A stretch of DNA of 64,000 bases from Candidatus Eiseniibacteriota bacterium (GTDB taxonomy: Bacteria > Eisenbacteria > RBG-16-71-46 > CAIMUX01 > VGJL01). The stretch lies in assembly GCA_963792585.1 (NCBI GenBank), contig CAWBWI010000006.1, positions 448,001 through 512,000 on the forward strand, given 5' to 3'. Position numbers and translations under genes: made by a program. Positions 20,294-29,991 of the stretch are shown here, in pieces (position 1 is the stretch's first letter; each line of letters opens with the position of its first letter). The notes beneath the pieces were generated by a model, which saw only the letters and a program-made list of their open reading frames with translations, was not told where the DNA came from and made no database searches.

Positions 20294-20439
20294 GTTGGAT
20301 CGAAGTCGCCCGCGCATGCCCGGCGAGTTGGCGGAGTCCAAGTCCTGGACAGCGATGAAGAACTGAAGCCCCGCGCGCGACCACTGGGGTACATTCAGGG
20401 CATGTGCAGGAGCGCTGAAACGGCGGGGCCATCCCCTCG

Positions 20440-21690
20440 ATGACCCCGCTTTCCCTGTCCCTGGTGGCCCTACGGCACCGGAACTTCCGCCTGCTCTGGT
20501 CGGGACAACTGCTCTCCATCACCGGCTCGATGATGCAATCGGCCGCGATCCTCTGGCACGTTTCGCTCCTGGCGCCCCCGGATCGCAAGGGTCTCGCGCT
20601 CGGGATGGTCGGGCTCGTGCGGATCCTGCCGATCCTCGTCCTCGGAATGATCGGGGGCGTGATCGCGGACGCCCACGACCGCCGGCGTCTGATGCTCATC
20701 ACGCAGACCTTCATGGCGCTCGTGGCCGCCGCCTTGGCCTACCTGACGGCGACCCAGCAGATCCAGCTCTGGTCGGTCTACGTCCTGGCGGCGCTGGGCG
20801 CCGCCGGCGGCGCATTCGATGCGCCGGCTCGCCAGTCGCTCTTTCCGAACCTCGTCCCGCGGGAACACCTCCCAAACGCCATCAGCCTGAATACGATCAT
20901 GTTCCAGGTAGGCTCGGTCATCGGCCCGTCGCTCGGCGGGATCGTGATCGCCGCCCTAGGAGTCCCGTGGGCGTACGGTTTCAACGCCGTCTCCTTCGTC
21001 GCGGTCATCGCCGCCCTCGTCATGATGCGCGATCTTCCCGAACGCGCACCGGGCGAGGCGAGCCAGGTGAGCTGGAAGGCGGCGATGGAAGGGCTACGCT
21101 TCGTATTCAAGACGCCGATCATCCGCGGTTCGATGCTGGTCGACTTCTTCGCCACCTTCTTCTCGTCGGCAACGGCGCTGTTGCCGATCTTCGCGCAGGA
21201 CATCTTGAAGGTTGGACCCCTCGCCTACGGCTGGCTCTATGCCGCCACGTCGATCGGGGCGCTCACCACGAGCGTCATCATGCTTCGGGTGATCGACCGG
21301 ATCCACCGGCGCGGTCGGGTTCTGTTCATGGCGGTCTTCGCTTACGGGCTGGCGACCGTCCTATTCGGGCTCTCCCGGCAATTCTGGATTACCTTCATCT
21401 GCCTCGCGCTGGTGGGCGGGAGCGACATGGTCAGCACGGTCCTGCGCAACGTGATCCGGCAACTCACCACACCCGACGGGCTGCGGGGGAGGATGACGAG
21501 CATCAACATGGTCTTCTTCATGGGGGGACCGCAGCTCGGGGAGTTGGAGGCGGGGCTCCTCGCGCAGGGATTCGGGGCGCCGGCTTCAGTGGTGAGCGGA
21601 GGGCTCGCATGCCTCGCGGTCACTGGGTGGATTGCCGCGCGCACGCCCGATCTTTGGCGCTACGTTCGCGAAAGCAAGCTCGGTGTGTGA
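20440..21690 (+). CDS. MFS transporter (MFS_3 / EntS-like)
   Basis: LRHRNFRLLWSGQ, GGVIADAHDRRRL motif A, PDGLRGR; about 12 TM. Confidence 0.9.
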   Translation: MTPLSLSLVALRHRNFRLLWSGQLLSITGSMMQSAAILWHVSLLAPPDRKGLALGMVGLVRILPILVLGMIGGVIADAHDRRRLMLITQTFMALVAAALAYLTATQQIQLWSVYVLAALGAAGGAFDAPARQSLFPNLVPREHLPNAISLNTIMFQVGSVIGPSLGGIVIAALGVPWAYGFNAVSFVAVIAALVMMRDLPERAPGEASQVSWKAAMEGLRFVFKTPIIRGSMLVDFFATFFSSATALLPIFAQDILKVGPLAYGWLYAATSIGALTTSVIMLRVIDRIHRRGRVLFMAVFAYGLATVLFGLSRQFWITFICLALVGGSDMVSTVLRNVIRQLTTPDGLRGRMTSINMVFFMGGPQLGELEAGLLAQGFGAPASVVSGGLACLAVTGWIAARTPDLWRYVRESKLGV

Positions 21691-21736
21691 TGGAATCCGG
21701 GCCTGCGCGCGGCCATTTCGATTCGTTTCCGCGTTC

Positions 21737-23476
21737 CTAGATGCTGATCCCCATCGCCTTCGCCTTCAGGAGGAGCGTGTTTCGATGGATTCCCAGCAGC
21801 TTTGCCGCCTCGACCCTGTTGCCTTGGGTCCGCGCCAGGGCCTGGCGGATCGCCGTCTCCTCCAGCTCCCGAAGGGTCGGCACCCGATCCGGTGACGTCT
21901 CGGGGCCCGCATGCGAAGTGCGCCCAGCGGATTCAAGCGCCGTGGCCACCTGATCCGCCTCGATCTTGACCGAACTACCACGGAGAACGATCCTGCTAAC
22001 GACTTGGCGCAACTCCCGAACGTTTCCCGGCCATGGATGGACCTGAAGAAGGCTCATTCCTTCCGGGGTGAATGACACCCGATGACGGAGCTTCGACTGA
22101 GCACGACGTGCACGGATGAACTGGGTCGCCAGCGCGGGGATATCCTCGACGCGCTCCCGCAGGGGGGGCAGGATCAACTGCAGATCCGAAACCCGCTCCG
22201 CGAGCGCCGACGGCAACTCTCTGGCGGAGGCCCCGCGCGTCGCATCGGGAGCGGTCGCCACGATGAGACGCAGATCGATCCTCTCGTCTCGCCGCCCACC
22301 CAGCGGGCGAAGGAGACCATCGTCCAGGATCCCCGCGAGCCCGGCGGCCAGACCCTCGTCGATTTCCTCCGCATTGGTCAGGAAAAGCGTGCCCCTGTCG
22401 GCCTGCCGCGCGAGCCCGACTTCGGGGGCGCGCGCCCCGCGGGCGGCCGCGCCGCTTCGGCCGAGGATCAGCCCCTTGAGCAGTTCCCTCGGGGCCACGG
22501 CGCAGTCGCAGGCGACAAATGCCTCCCGGGATCGATGGCCGGCGTCATGAATCAGGCGCGCAAGGTGACGGCGTCCGCTCCCCGGCTCGCCCATGATGCG
22601 AACCGGGGACCGCAATGCCGCGGCAAGGGACGCCTGGCGGCGCACCCGCTCCATCGCGGGACCTTCCCCGATCCATGCATCCCAGATCGATTCCGGCGAT
22701 CCCCCAGCGCGCAGGCGAGTATTCTCGGCAACGACCTCCCCGTGGATGCGGGCGTTCTCGAGCGCCGTCGCCGCAACTGCGGCGATCGTCTCCATGAAGC
22801 GCACCGAATCGTTCGGGAAGGCGGCCGGACGGCCGGCATCGAGATAGAGCACACCGACCGGCCCCGACAAGGAGATCATGGGCGCACAGAGAACCGAACG
22901 CATTTGATGCAGCTTCACGCTCGGCACGCTCGCGAAACGGGGGTCCGCCAACGCGTCGGGGGTGATGACCAACGGCCCTCTCCGTCCCTGCGTCAGGATC
23001 GTGCGGCTGACCTTCTCGATCGTGCGCAGTTCCCTCCCGTGAACATTGAGCGCGAGCACAGGAACGAGCCCTGCGGCGTCGGTGTCTCCCAGGAACAGGA
23101 TGCCGCGATCGGCGCCCAGCCCCCGGACTGCCTGATCGAGGATGGTGTTCACAAGGCGGTGCAAATCGAGTTCGGCCGTGACCGTGCAGGTCAGGCCTTG
23201 CAGACGACTGAGGTCCTGCTCGGCCAGCCAGGCGACCCCTTGATCGTGGACATCGTCCGTTGCGGTCCGGGACGTCCACTCGCGACCGAGGTCATCGACG
23301 GCATCGAGGCCGGAGGGAGCTTTCGAAAGATCGGCTTGGATACCCTTGAGCTCATCGATGTCGGACCGGACTCGGCCACGACGCGATGTCCCTTTGGCAT
23401 TCCCCTTCGGGCGGCCGCGCTTCAATGCCCCTCCCATCTCGGTCGGCCTCGGGCCCGACCCCGGAACCTCTGCCAT
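21737..23476 (-). CDS. GAF + degenerate sigma-54-interaction AAA + Fis HTH regulator
   Basis: GAF (SRT..., DAL.D.RF...SV......SVLCAP); AAA with GEPGSGRR, LPPLRERVEDIP, WPGNVREL; GNRVEAAKLLGIHRNTL HTH; GAFTGA and Walker B degenerate. Confidence 0.85.
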   Translation of the reverse strand: MAEVPGSGPRPTEMGGALKRGRPKGNAKGTSRRGRVRSDIDELKGIQADLSKAPSGLDAVDDLGREWTSRTATDDVHDQGVAWLAEQDLSRLQGLTCTVTAELDLHRLVNTILDQAVRGLGADRGILFLGDTDAAGLVPVLALNVHGRELRTIEKVSRTILTQGRRGPLVITPDALADPRFASVPSVKLHQMRSVLCAPMISLSGPVGVLYLDAGRPAAFPNDSVRFMETIAAVAATALENARIHGEVVAENTRLRAGGSPESIWDAWIGEGPAMERVRRQASLAAALRSPVRIMGEPGSGRRHLARLIHDAGHRSREAFVACDCAVAPRELLKGLILGRSGAAARGARAPEVGLARQADRGTLFLTNAEEIDEGLAAGLAGILDDGLLRPLGGRRDERIDLRLIVATAPDATRGASARELPSALAERVSDLQLILPPLRERVEDIPALATQFIRARRAQSKLRHRVSFTPEGMSLLQVHPWPGNVRELRQVVSRIVLRGSSVKIEADQVATALESAGRTSHAGPETSPDRVPTLRELEETAIRQALARTQGNRVEAAKLLGIHRNTLLLKAKAMGISI

Positions 23477-23583
23477 ATTTTAGTGCGTATATCGGTCGCT
23501 ATCAATCAGGATATGAACAAAATTATTGCGCCGCAATCACCCTACAATCAGGTTTCTGTTGGCCGGATGGAGTTCTAACTCGA

Positions 23584-26500
23584 GTGTTCGAAACAAGGTA
23601 CATCGTCAGCAGGACATTGAGCGCGCGGGACGGACACATCATCACCTGCGCTCGAGATTCGTGGACCGACCGCGACGTTGTCTTGAAGACCGCACCGACG
23701 TCTCTCGCCCTACGCGAGGCGCGCTGCCTCCTGGCGCTCCCGCATGGGGTCGCCCCCACACTCATCGATCTGTTCGCGAGGGGCACCGAGGAATGGACCC
23801 TCGTCGTCGAGCGCCTCGAGGGGACTACCCTCCGCGAGACGGCTGCGGAGCTCTCCCCTGAGCACCTGCCGCTGCTTGCGCGGACGATCTGCCAAGCCCT
23901 CGCGGAAGTCCACCGAACGGGGTGGCTGCACGCGGACCTCAAACCGGAGAACATCTTCCTCCCGCGCGTCGGGGAGGAGACGGACGTCAGACTGCTCGAC
24001 TTCGGCTTCGCGATCGATCTGTTCGGCGCCCCCGACATCGACGACCGTGGGGGGACGCCTCCCTATACAGCCCCCGAGCTGCTGAAAGGGTGGATCGTCG
24101 ATGGTCGAGCGGATCTCTACTCCCTGGGTGTGGTCCTCGAGGGAATCCTGCCGAACCACGGACGGGATCCTCGTTGGGACCCGATCATCGAGAGGCTGCT
24201 GCAGGAAGTCCCCGGCAAGCGTCCGCCATCCGCTGTTGCTCTCCGCGACGAGATCGACCAGGCATTCGGCCTCGTCGGGATCCCCCATCGGCATCCGCGC
24301 TTCGGAGCCGGCCCGATGCGAGGGCGCGCAGACGAGATCGCGCTCATCCGCAGCCGCGCCACCCCCGGCGCGCGAATCCTGATTCAGGCGCGACCTGGAA
24401 CAGGATTGTCGCGCTTCCTCAAGGAGGCGGTCATCGATATCGCGACCGCTGATGGGGGTCCTGTCCGCGCGATCGACCTCGGCGAAATCCGCACCGGGGA
24501 AGGATTGGATCGCGCCCTCGCATCGCTCGGTCGATCCGATAGAGGACAGGAAATCATCCTATGCGGGATCCCGGATCCCTCGCCGGGCCTTCACTGGGTC
24601 CAGGAGCCGGTCCGCTCGGCGCTCCAGCGACTCGTTTTCCACCAGCGATGGCGTCGTCAATCGCTCCCCCCCCTTGATGACGCAAGCTACCGGGAGATCA
24701 TCAACGCGAGCGTCGGCGCGGTCGACCCCGTCGGCGACGGGCTCTCGCGGGAACTCCACGATCGCACCGAGGGCGATCTGCCGCGGGCAGGGGAAGGCTT
24801 CCTCCATGCGGTACGTGGCGGCGGATCCGAGAATGGCCTCCGGTGGAAGTTCGACCGCGACTCCGCGCACGGCGCGCTGGCGCAATGGAATCCCGGCCCG
24901 ATTCCACCGTTGCTCCAGCGGATCTCCTCGCCCCTGATCACATCACTGCGCATCTGCGCCCGTGCGGGCCGTTCGTTTCCGGAGGATCTAGCGAGTGCCC
25001 TCTTCGATCGGTTCAGCGAAGTAGCGGCCTTGGAAGATCTGCTGGGCCACGGTCTCCTCATTGCGCGGGGAGAGGATCGCCTGGAGTTCGTCACAGCGAG
25101 TCTCTGGCGGGAGGCGTTTGGAGAGGATCCCTCCCAGGTTCGTGAGGTAGACGGCTGGTTGAACGAGCGATTCGATCCCTCGCCGGAGCAGGTCGGGGAC
25201 GTCCTTCAGGCATGCGCGCTCGCGCGACGCTCGGGCAGCGGCGCGAAGGAATCCGATCTGCTGTCCAGGGCACTGGCCAGCGCCGTCGCGCAGCGCCGGC
25301 ACCGCGACGTTCTCGCGCTCTTCGCCTACCCCGAAGCGCCGCCCCCCGTGTGGACGGCCGAAACGGCCCTCCATCATCTCGCCAAGCTCAGGACGATCCT
25401 TGGCCCTGAAACGAGCGAGGATTGGCTCCTCGCCGTCGCCGGCGGCGCGATCCGGTCGGTCGACGTCGCCCTCGGTGTCCAGCTCATGGAGAGGGCCGCA
25501 AACACACGCGACCCGAAGGCGGGGGTGTATGCCCTCTACCTGCTTGCGGAACGCGCGGCCGACCAACCCACCAGTCCGCTCTTCGACGGATACGTGGAGG
25601 CCCTCCAGAGATGGGAGGGTGTGCCGGAGGGAACCCCTCCGGGCGTCATCGACTATCTCAAGGCTCTGCGCGAATTCGCCACGGGACACGCCGCTGAAGC
25701 GGAGGACAGCGCGAGGAGGGCAACGCAGAAGCTGCGCGGCAGCGGCCACATTTTCGAAGCCTTGAGCCAGCAGATGAACGCCGTGATCCAGTTCGCGCGC
25801 GCGCCGGAGGAGGCCACGGCCGCCATGAGGAGCGCCATCGAGGTCGCCGGTGATCCGGAGACGGAAGCGCAGCTTCGCTACAACCTCGCCATCATGTACG
25901 ACCGGATCGGAGTGCCCGAACGGGGTCTCGACTGCACGGAACCGGGTATCCGGCGCCTCCTTGGCGGTGCGAATCCGGCGCGGATCAACTACCTGCGAAC
26001 ACAACGCTGCCATGAGCTGGTCTTGCTCGATCGGATCGATGAGGCGCAGGAAGAGATCCTGGCGCTCCTATCGCTTCCATCGAATCGATTCATGCCCATC
26101 AGGCTCGTCTCCCTCCGCTCGGACCTGAGTATCTGCCATCTTCACCGGGGCAATGAACGGGAGTGCCTCCGCCAGGCCGAGATGACGGTAACCGCCGCGG
26201 CCCAGGGAGCCCCGAACAACTTGATCTGGGGTGCGGCGGCGGACCTGGTCGATGTTCTGATCGATCTGGAGCGCCACGAGCGGATTCGCGATCATCTCCC
26301 CACTCTCCGGGAGCTTTCCATTGGGGGTGACGCATCGACTCGGATCGCTGCCGCACGTGTCGAAGCGGTTCGGGCACAAGCAGATGGGCATCTCGAGGAG
26401 GCGGCGCGTCATCTGGAGGCAACGATGTCGGATGTTCGCGAGTTCATCTATCCCCTCGAGCGCGCCAGGATCCTCCACCAACTGGGATCGGTCCGCCTTG

Positions 26501-26772
26501 CCCAGGGAACGCCCGCCAGCGATCCGGCATTCCTCGACCTCGCACGGGGTCACTTCGAGGAGGAGATCGCCGGATTGCCGGCGACCGGGTACGGCTACTA
26601 CCGCGCGCGCGCCCTGCTGGCGCTCGGCAGAACCCACTCCATTACGGGCGACCAGGACGGCGCCATCGACATCCTCACCGAGGCGATCGATCTTGGCCGC
26701 GATCTCAAGTGCCTTCGCCTCCTCGCGCTGGGACTCCAGGCCCGGGCCCGCGCAGACATGAACGCACTATAA
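23584..26772 (+). CDS. Ser/Thr kinase-like domain + degenerate AAA + TPR protein
   Basis: VVLK, HADLKPEN, DFG, GTPPYTAPE, ADLYSLG; 'RGRADE' and RPGTGLSR P-loop remnant; TPR-like C-terminus; start uncertain (GTG 23584, frame open from 23386). Confidence 0.8.
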   Translation: MFETRYIVSRTLSARDGHIITCARDSWTDRDVVLKTAPTSLALREARCLLALPHGVAPTLIDLFARGTEEWTLVVERLEGTTLRETAAELSPEHLPLLARTICQALAEVHRTGWLHADLKPENIFLPRVGEETDVRLLDFGFAIDLFGAPDIDDRGGTPPYTAPELLKGWIVDGRADLYSLGVVLEGILPNHGRDPRWDPIIERLLQEVPGKRPPSAVALRDEIDQAFGLVGIPHRHPRFGAGPMRGRADEIALIRSRATPGARILIQARPGTGLSRFLKEAVIDIATADGGPVRAIDLGEIRTGEGLDRALASLGRSDRGQEIILCGIPDPSPGLHWVQEPVRSALQRLVFHQRWRRQSLPPLDDASYREIINASVGAVDPVGDGLSRELHDRTEGDLPRAGEGFLHAVRGGGSENGLRWKFDRDSAHGALAQWNPGPIPPLLQRISSPLITSLRICARAGRSFPEDLASALFDRFSEVAALEDLLGHGLLIARGEDRLEFVTASLWREAFGEDPSQVREVDGWLNERFDPSPEQVGDVLQACALARRSGSGAKESDLLSRALASAVAQRRHRDVLALFAYPEAPPPVWTAETALHHLAKLRTILGPETSEDWLLAVAGGAIRSVDVALGVQLMERAANTRDPKAGVYALYLLAERAADQPTSPLFDGYVEALQRWEGVPEGTPPGVIDYLKALREFATGHAAEAEDSARRATQKLRGSGHIFEALSQQMNAVIQFARAPEEATAAMRSAIEVAGDPETEAQLRYNLAIMYDRIGVPERGLDCTEPGIRRLLGGANPARINYLRTQRCHELVLLDRIDEAQEEILALLSLPSNRFMPIRLVSLRSDLSICHLHRGNERECLRQAEMTVTAAAQGAPNNLIWGAAADLVDVLIDLERHERIRDHLPTLRELSIGGDASTRIAAARVEAVRAQADGHLEEAARHLEATMSDVREFIYPLERARILHQLGSVRLAQGTPASDPAFLDLARGHFEEEIAGLPATGYGYYRARALLALGRTHSITGDQDGAIDILTEAIDLGRDLKCLRLLALGLQARARADMNAL

Positions 26773-26836
26773 GAGATTCGAGGGGCGATGGAGGATCGCC
26801 GTCCTGGGGTTGGAGCCTTGCCTCAAGGAGGACTCC

Positions 26837-27295
26837 ATGCAAGCTCGTACGCGTCGTGCAGTCGTCGTGGCCATGTGCGCCGTTCTGGGCGCCGCCATTC
26901 TGTGTTCCATGCTCGATCCCTCCCCCTGCCGAGCCGGGGAGACGGGCGTCCTGAAGCTCAAGGTCCGCCAGTGCCTCGGCAGCAACTGGATCAGTGGTGC
27001 GGACGTGGAGGTGTCGATCCAGCGGTCCGGCTCCGGGGAGGTCGACTCGGCAAAAGGCACAACGAACAGCACCGGTTATGTCGAATTCACGTTCTACGAT
27101 CTGGAGGGTGACGACGAAGCCCACGTCACGGTGACCCCGAGCGGGCTGAGTCCCGACGGAAGCCACCTCTACATCTGGAACGCGTCCCAAGCGCGTTCGG
27201 AAGGGCACTTCTCCCTCACTTCGGACTCCGACTCGATCTGCGACGACGAGTGGTACGACCTGGGGAATCGGATCTTCCTCTGCAAGTACCACTAG
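26837..27295 (+). CDS. Small secreted beta-sandwich-like hypothetical protein
   Basis: AAGGAGG SD, signal peptide, 'GADVEV...GTTNSTGYVEF' Ig/transthyretin-like pattern, three mature Cys. Confidence 0.7.
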   Translation: MQARTRRAVVVAMCAVLGAAILCSMLDPSPCRAGETGVLKLKVRQCLGSNWISGADVEVSIQRSGSGEVDSAKGTTNSTGYVEFTFYDLEGDDEAHVTVTPSGLSPDGSHLYIWNASQARSEGHFSLTSDSDSICDDEWYDLGNRIFLCKYH

Positions 27296-27301
27296 CGCGG
27301 G

Positions 27302-28207
27302 TCAGAAGACGCTGACCTTGAAGTACTTCTTCGGGTCGGCCTTGATGTCGCCGATCAGCGCGCGCGTCTCGTTCAGGGTGCCCGTGAGTTCCCGGTAGAG
27401 GTCCTCGTCCCGCATCAGCTTGCCCATCGACCCTTCTCCGCGGTCGAGGCGGGACATGAGGGAATCGGCCCGGGCCACCGCAGCCTGGAGCGTGACGAGC
27501 GCGCTGTCGGCGCGCGCCGCGGCCCGTGTGGAGGCCGTCAGCAGGGTGCCGACCTGCTCGTCGCGGCCATTCAACGTCCGGTGCAGGTCGTCCATCGCCA
27601 CGCTGAAGTTGCGGACGGCCTGCGCCAGCTCCCCGTGGGTCTCCTTCATGAATCGCGCGAGGTCTTCCGTGATCGTCTCGGTGTTCCTCAGGGTGCGCCG
27701 GAGCGACCCTTGATCCGATTCGTCGAATGCGGCGAGCAACGTGTCGAGGCGAGTGGTCAGGCGATCGAACGAGGCGAGCACCGTCTCGAGATTCGACATG
27801 AACTCCGGAATCCCCGGCTGGTAGCCCCCTCGGAAGTTGCGGCCGGCAGGGTCGACAGGGGCGGTTTCGACCCCCGGGTAGATCGCGACGAGCTTCTGCC
27901 CCATGATTCCGACATTCTCGATCACGAAGCGGGTGTCGGCGTGGAGCTCCACCCCCTTGTCCAGATCGAGCGAGACGAGGGCGCGGCCGGACTCGAAGCG
28001 AATTCCCGACACCTGCCCGGAAGGCACGCCGCGAACCTCGACGGGATCCCCCTTCACCAATCCGCTCGTCGTCGGGAATTCGACGACGACCTTCACGTTC
28101 TGACCACCGAACTTGAAGTTCTTGAACCAGAGGATTCCCGCCACGAGGATGGCCACGGAGAGGATAAACACCAAGCCGACCCGAACCTGTTGCGCGCGCT
28201 CGGACAT
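27302..28207 (-). CDS. mlaD: MCE/MlaD family protein
   Basis: VRVGLVF TM, GLVKGDPVEVRGV..G.V, GIMG, GSMGKL..D..LY, DIKADPKKY; GGAGG SD. Confidence 0.9.
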   Translation of the reverse strand: MSERAQQVRVGLVFILSVAILVAGILWFKNFKFGGQNVKVVVEFPTTSGLVKGDPVEVRGVPSGQVSGIRFESGRALVSLDLDKGVELHADTRFVIENVGIMGQKLVAIYPGVETAPVDPAGRNFRGGYQPGIPEFMSNLETVLASFDRLTTRLDTLLAAFDESDQGSLRRTLRNTETITEDLARFMKETHGELAQAVRNFSVAMDDLHRTLNGRDEQVGTLLTASTRAAARADSALVTLQAAVARADSLMSRLDRGEGSMGKLMRDEDLYRELTGTLNETRALIGDIKADPKKYFKVSVF

Positions 28208-28220
28208 CCGTCCTCCCGAA

Positions 28221-28997
28221 TCAGACCTTTCGGCCCGTCTGTGACGCCTCGACACCGTCGGTCAGCGGCCCCTTCGCCTCGCCGTTGATGAACTGCCGGA
28301 CGATCGGATCCTCGGTCGAGCGGATCGCGTCCGGGGTCCCCACGAACTGGATCTTCCCCTGATGCAGGAGACACAGCCGGTCCCCGACCGTGTACGCGCT
28401 CCTCATGTCGTGCGTGACCACGATGGAAGTGATCTTGAGCCTCGCCTGCAGATCCCGCATCAGAGTATTGATCTGCTCCGAAGTGATCGGGTCGAGGCCG
28501 GTCGTCGGCTCGTCGTAGAGGATGTAGGCCGCATCCATCGCGATCGCACGCGCGAGCCCGACCCGCTTGCGCATCCCCCCCGACAGATCGGAGGGTCTCT
28601 TCCCCTGGATGCCGGGCAGACCCACGAGCCCGAGCTTCTCCTCGCAGATCCGCACGATCTCCGCTTCGCTCTTCTTCGTGTGCTCCCGCAGGGCAAGCCC
28701 GACGTTCTCACCAACCGACATGGAATCGAAGAGCGCCGCGGTCTGGAACAGCATCCCGAAACGTCGGCGGAGATCGGCCAGACCATCGTAGGAGAGTTTG
28801 GTGACCTCGATCCCATCCACCCGGATCGAGCCGGCGTCCGGCCGGATCAGGCCGATGATGTTCTTCAGGAGCACACTCTTTCCGCTGCCCGACCGCCCGA
28901 GGATCACCACGCACTGTCCGGTCGGAATCTGGAGGTCGACCCCATCCAGGACCGTCATGCTCCCAAAGCGCTTCGTCAGGCCCTGGACCTCGATCAT
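28221..28997 (-). CDS. mlaF: ABC transporter ATP-binding protein, MlaF family
   Basis: GRSGSGKS, FQTAALFDS, LSGGMRKRVGLARA, YDEPTTGLDP. Confidence 0.93.
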   Translation of the reverse strand: MIEVQGLTKRFGSMTVLDGVDLQIPTGQCVVILGRSGSGKSVLLKNIIGLIRPDAGSIRVDGIEVTKLSYDGLADLRRRFGMLFQTAALFDSMSVGENVGLALREHTKKSEAEIVRICEEKLGLVGLPGIQGKRPSDLSGGMRKRVGLARAIAMDAAYILYDEPTTGLDPITSEQINTLMRDLQARLKITSIVVTHDMRSAYTVGDRLCLLHQGKIQFVGTPDAIRSTEDPIVRQFINGEAKGPLTDGVEASQTGRKV

Positions 28998-29052
28998 GGT
29001 CGTCTCAACCTGTCGCCCTTTCGATGGGATGCATTGCCAAATCGTCGCCCTC

Positions 29053-29859
29053 TCAGTTCGGCGCGAACAGGATGCGGAAGATCACCTCCGCAAGGAAGTA
29101 ATCGGCCACAAGGATCATGACGCAGCAGGCGACGACCGCCTTCATCGTCGCGGCGCCGACCCCCTCCGCCCCCCCCGACGTGCTGAATCCGAAGAAACAG
29201 CCCGAGATGGCGATGACGCCGCCGAAGACGAACGATTTGATCAGCCCACCGTAGATGTCATGGGGATCGAACATGATCCGCATCCCCCGCGTAAAGGTGT
29301 GAACCGAGATCCCCACCCGGGCGACGGCGACGACCATCCCACCGACGATCGCGATCGCATTGGCAAAGACCGTGATGACGGGGAGCATCACCACCGCCCC
29401 GACGAACCGAGGGACGGCGAGGTAGCGGATCGGGCGGATCGCGAGGGTCTCGAGCGCGTCGATCTGCTCGGTCACCTTCATCGTGCCGATCTCGGCGGCG
29501 ATCGAGGCGCCGACGCGCGCTCCTACGACGAGGGCGGTCAGGACCGGACCCAGTTCGATGAAGACCGACTTCGCCAGGACCGTCCCCACGTAGATCAGGG
29601 GAATCGCCCCCTGGAACTGATACGAACTCTGGAGGGCAGCCACGCCGCCTACGAAGACCGACGTGAGGACCACCAGCGGCATCGACTCGTTGCCCATGTG
29701 GAAGCACTGGCGCAGGATCAACCGGCGGTATCGAAGGCCGCCGGGGAACTCCGCGATGAAGCGGGCCATAAAGAGGGCGAAGCGGCCGGCGCCCGCGAGG
29801 GAATCGAGGACGATCTCCCCGGCGGCAACGAGGGGGTTTTGCAGGGCTCGGGTGCTCAC
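29053..29859 (-). CDS. mlaE: ABC permease, MlaE family
   Basis: ELGPVLTAL, AAEIGTMKVTEQIDAL, GGAEGVG. Confidence 0.93.
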   Translation of the reverse strand: MSTRALQNPLVAAGEIVLDSLAGAGRFALFMARFIAEFPGGLRYRRLILRQCFHMGNESMPLVVLTSVFVGGVAALQSSYQFQGAIPLIYVGTVLAKSVFIELGPVLTALVVGARVGASIAAEIGTMKVTEQIDALETLAIRPIRYLAVPRFVGAVVMLPVITVFANAIAIVGGMVVAVARVGISVHTFTRGMRIMFDPHDIYGGLIKSFVFGGVIAISGCFFGFSTSGGAEGVGAATMKAVVACCVMILVADYFLAEVIFRILFAPN

Positions 29860-29931
29860 GCGGGGGTTCGACTCCTCTCCGGGAGACGGTGTGGACCGGC
29901 CGATCCAACTCGCTACCCACCGGAGAATAAC

Positions 29932-29970
29932 CCGAACGCGCCCGAGGCGACAGACCCCGGGCGCGTTCGG
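29932..29970. terminator. 13-bp inverted repeat (hairpin) downstream of the 29992-30561 gene
   Basis: CCGAACGCGCCCG ... CGGGCGCGTTCGG; weak U-tract (GTTATT on the minus strand). Confidence 0.45.
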
Positions 29971-29991
29971 AGGGACGAGCGGAGAAGGCGG

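Noticed and set aside
26806..26822. Sigma-54 promoter GG-N10-GC before the small secreted gene
   Set aside because: Poor match to TGGCAC and too close to the SD to leave a usable transcript leader
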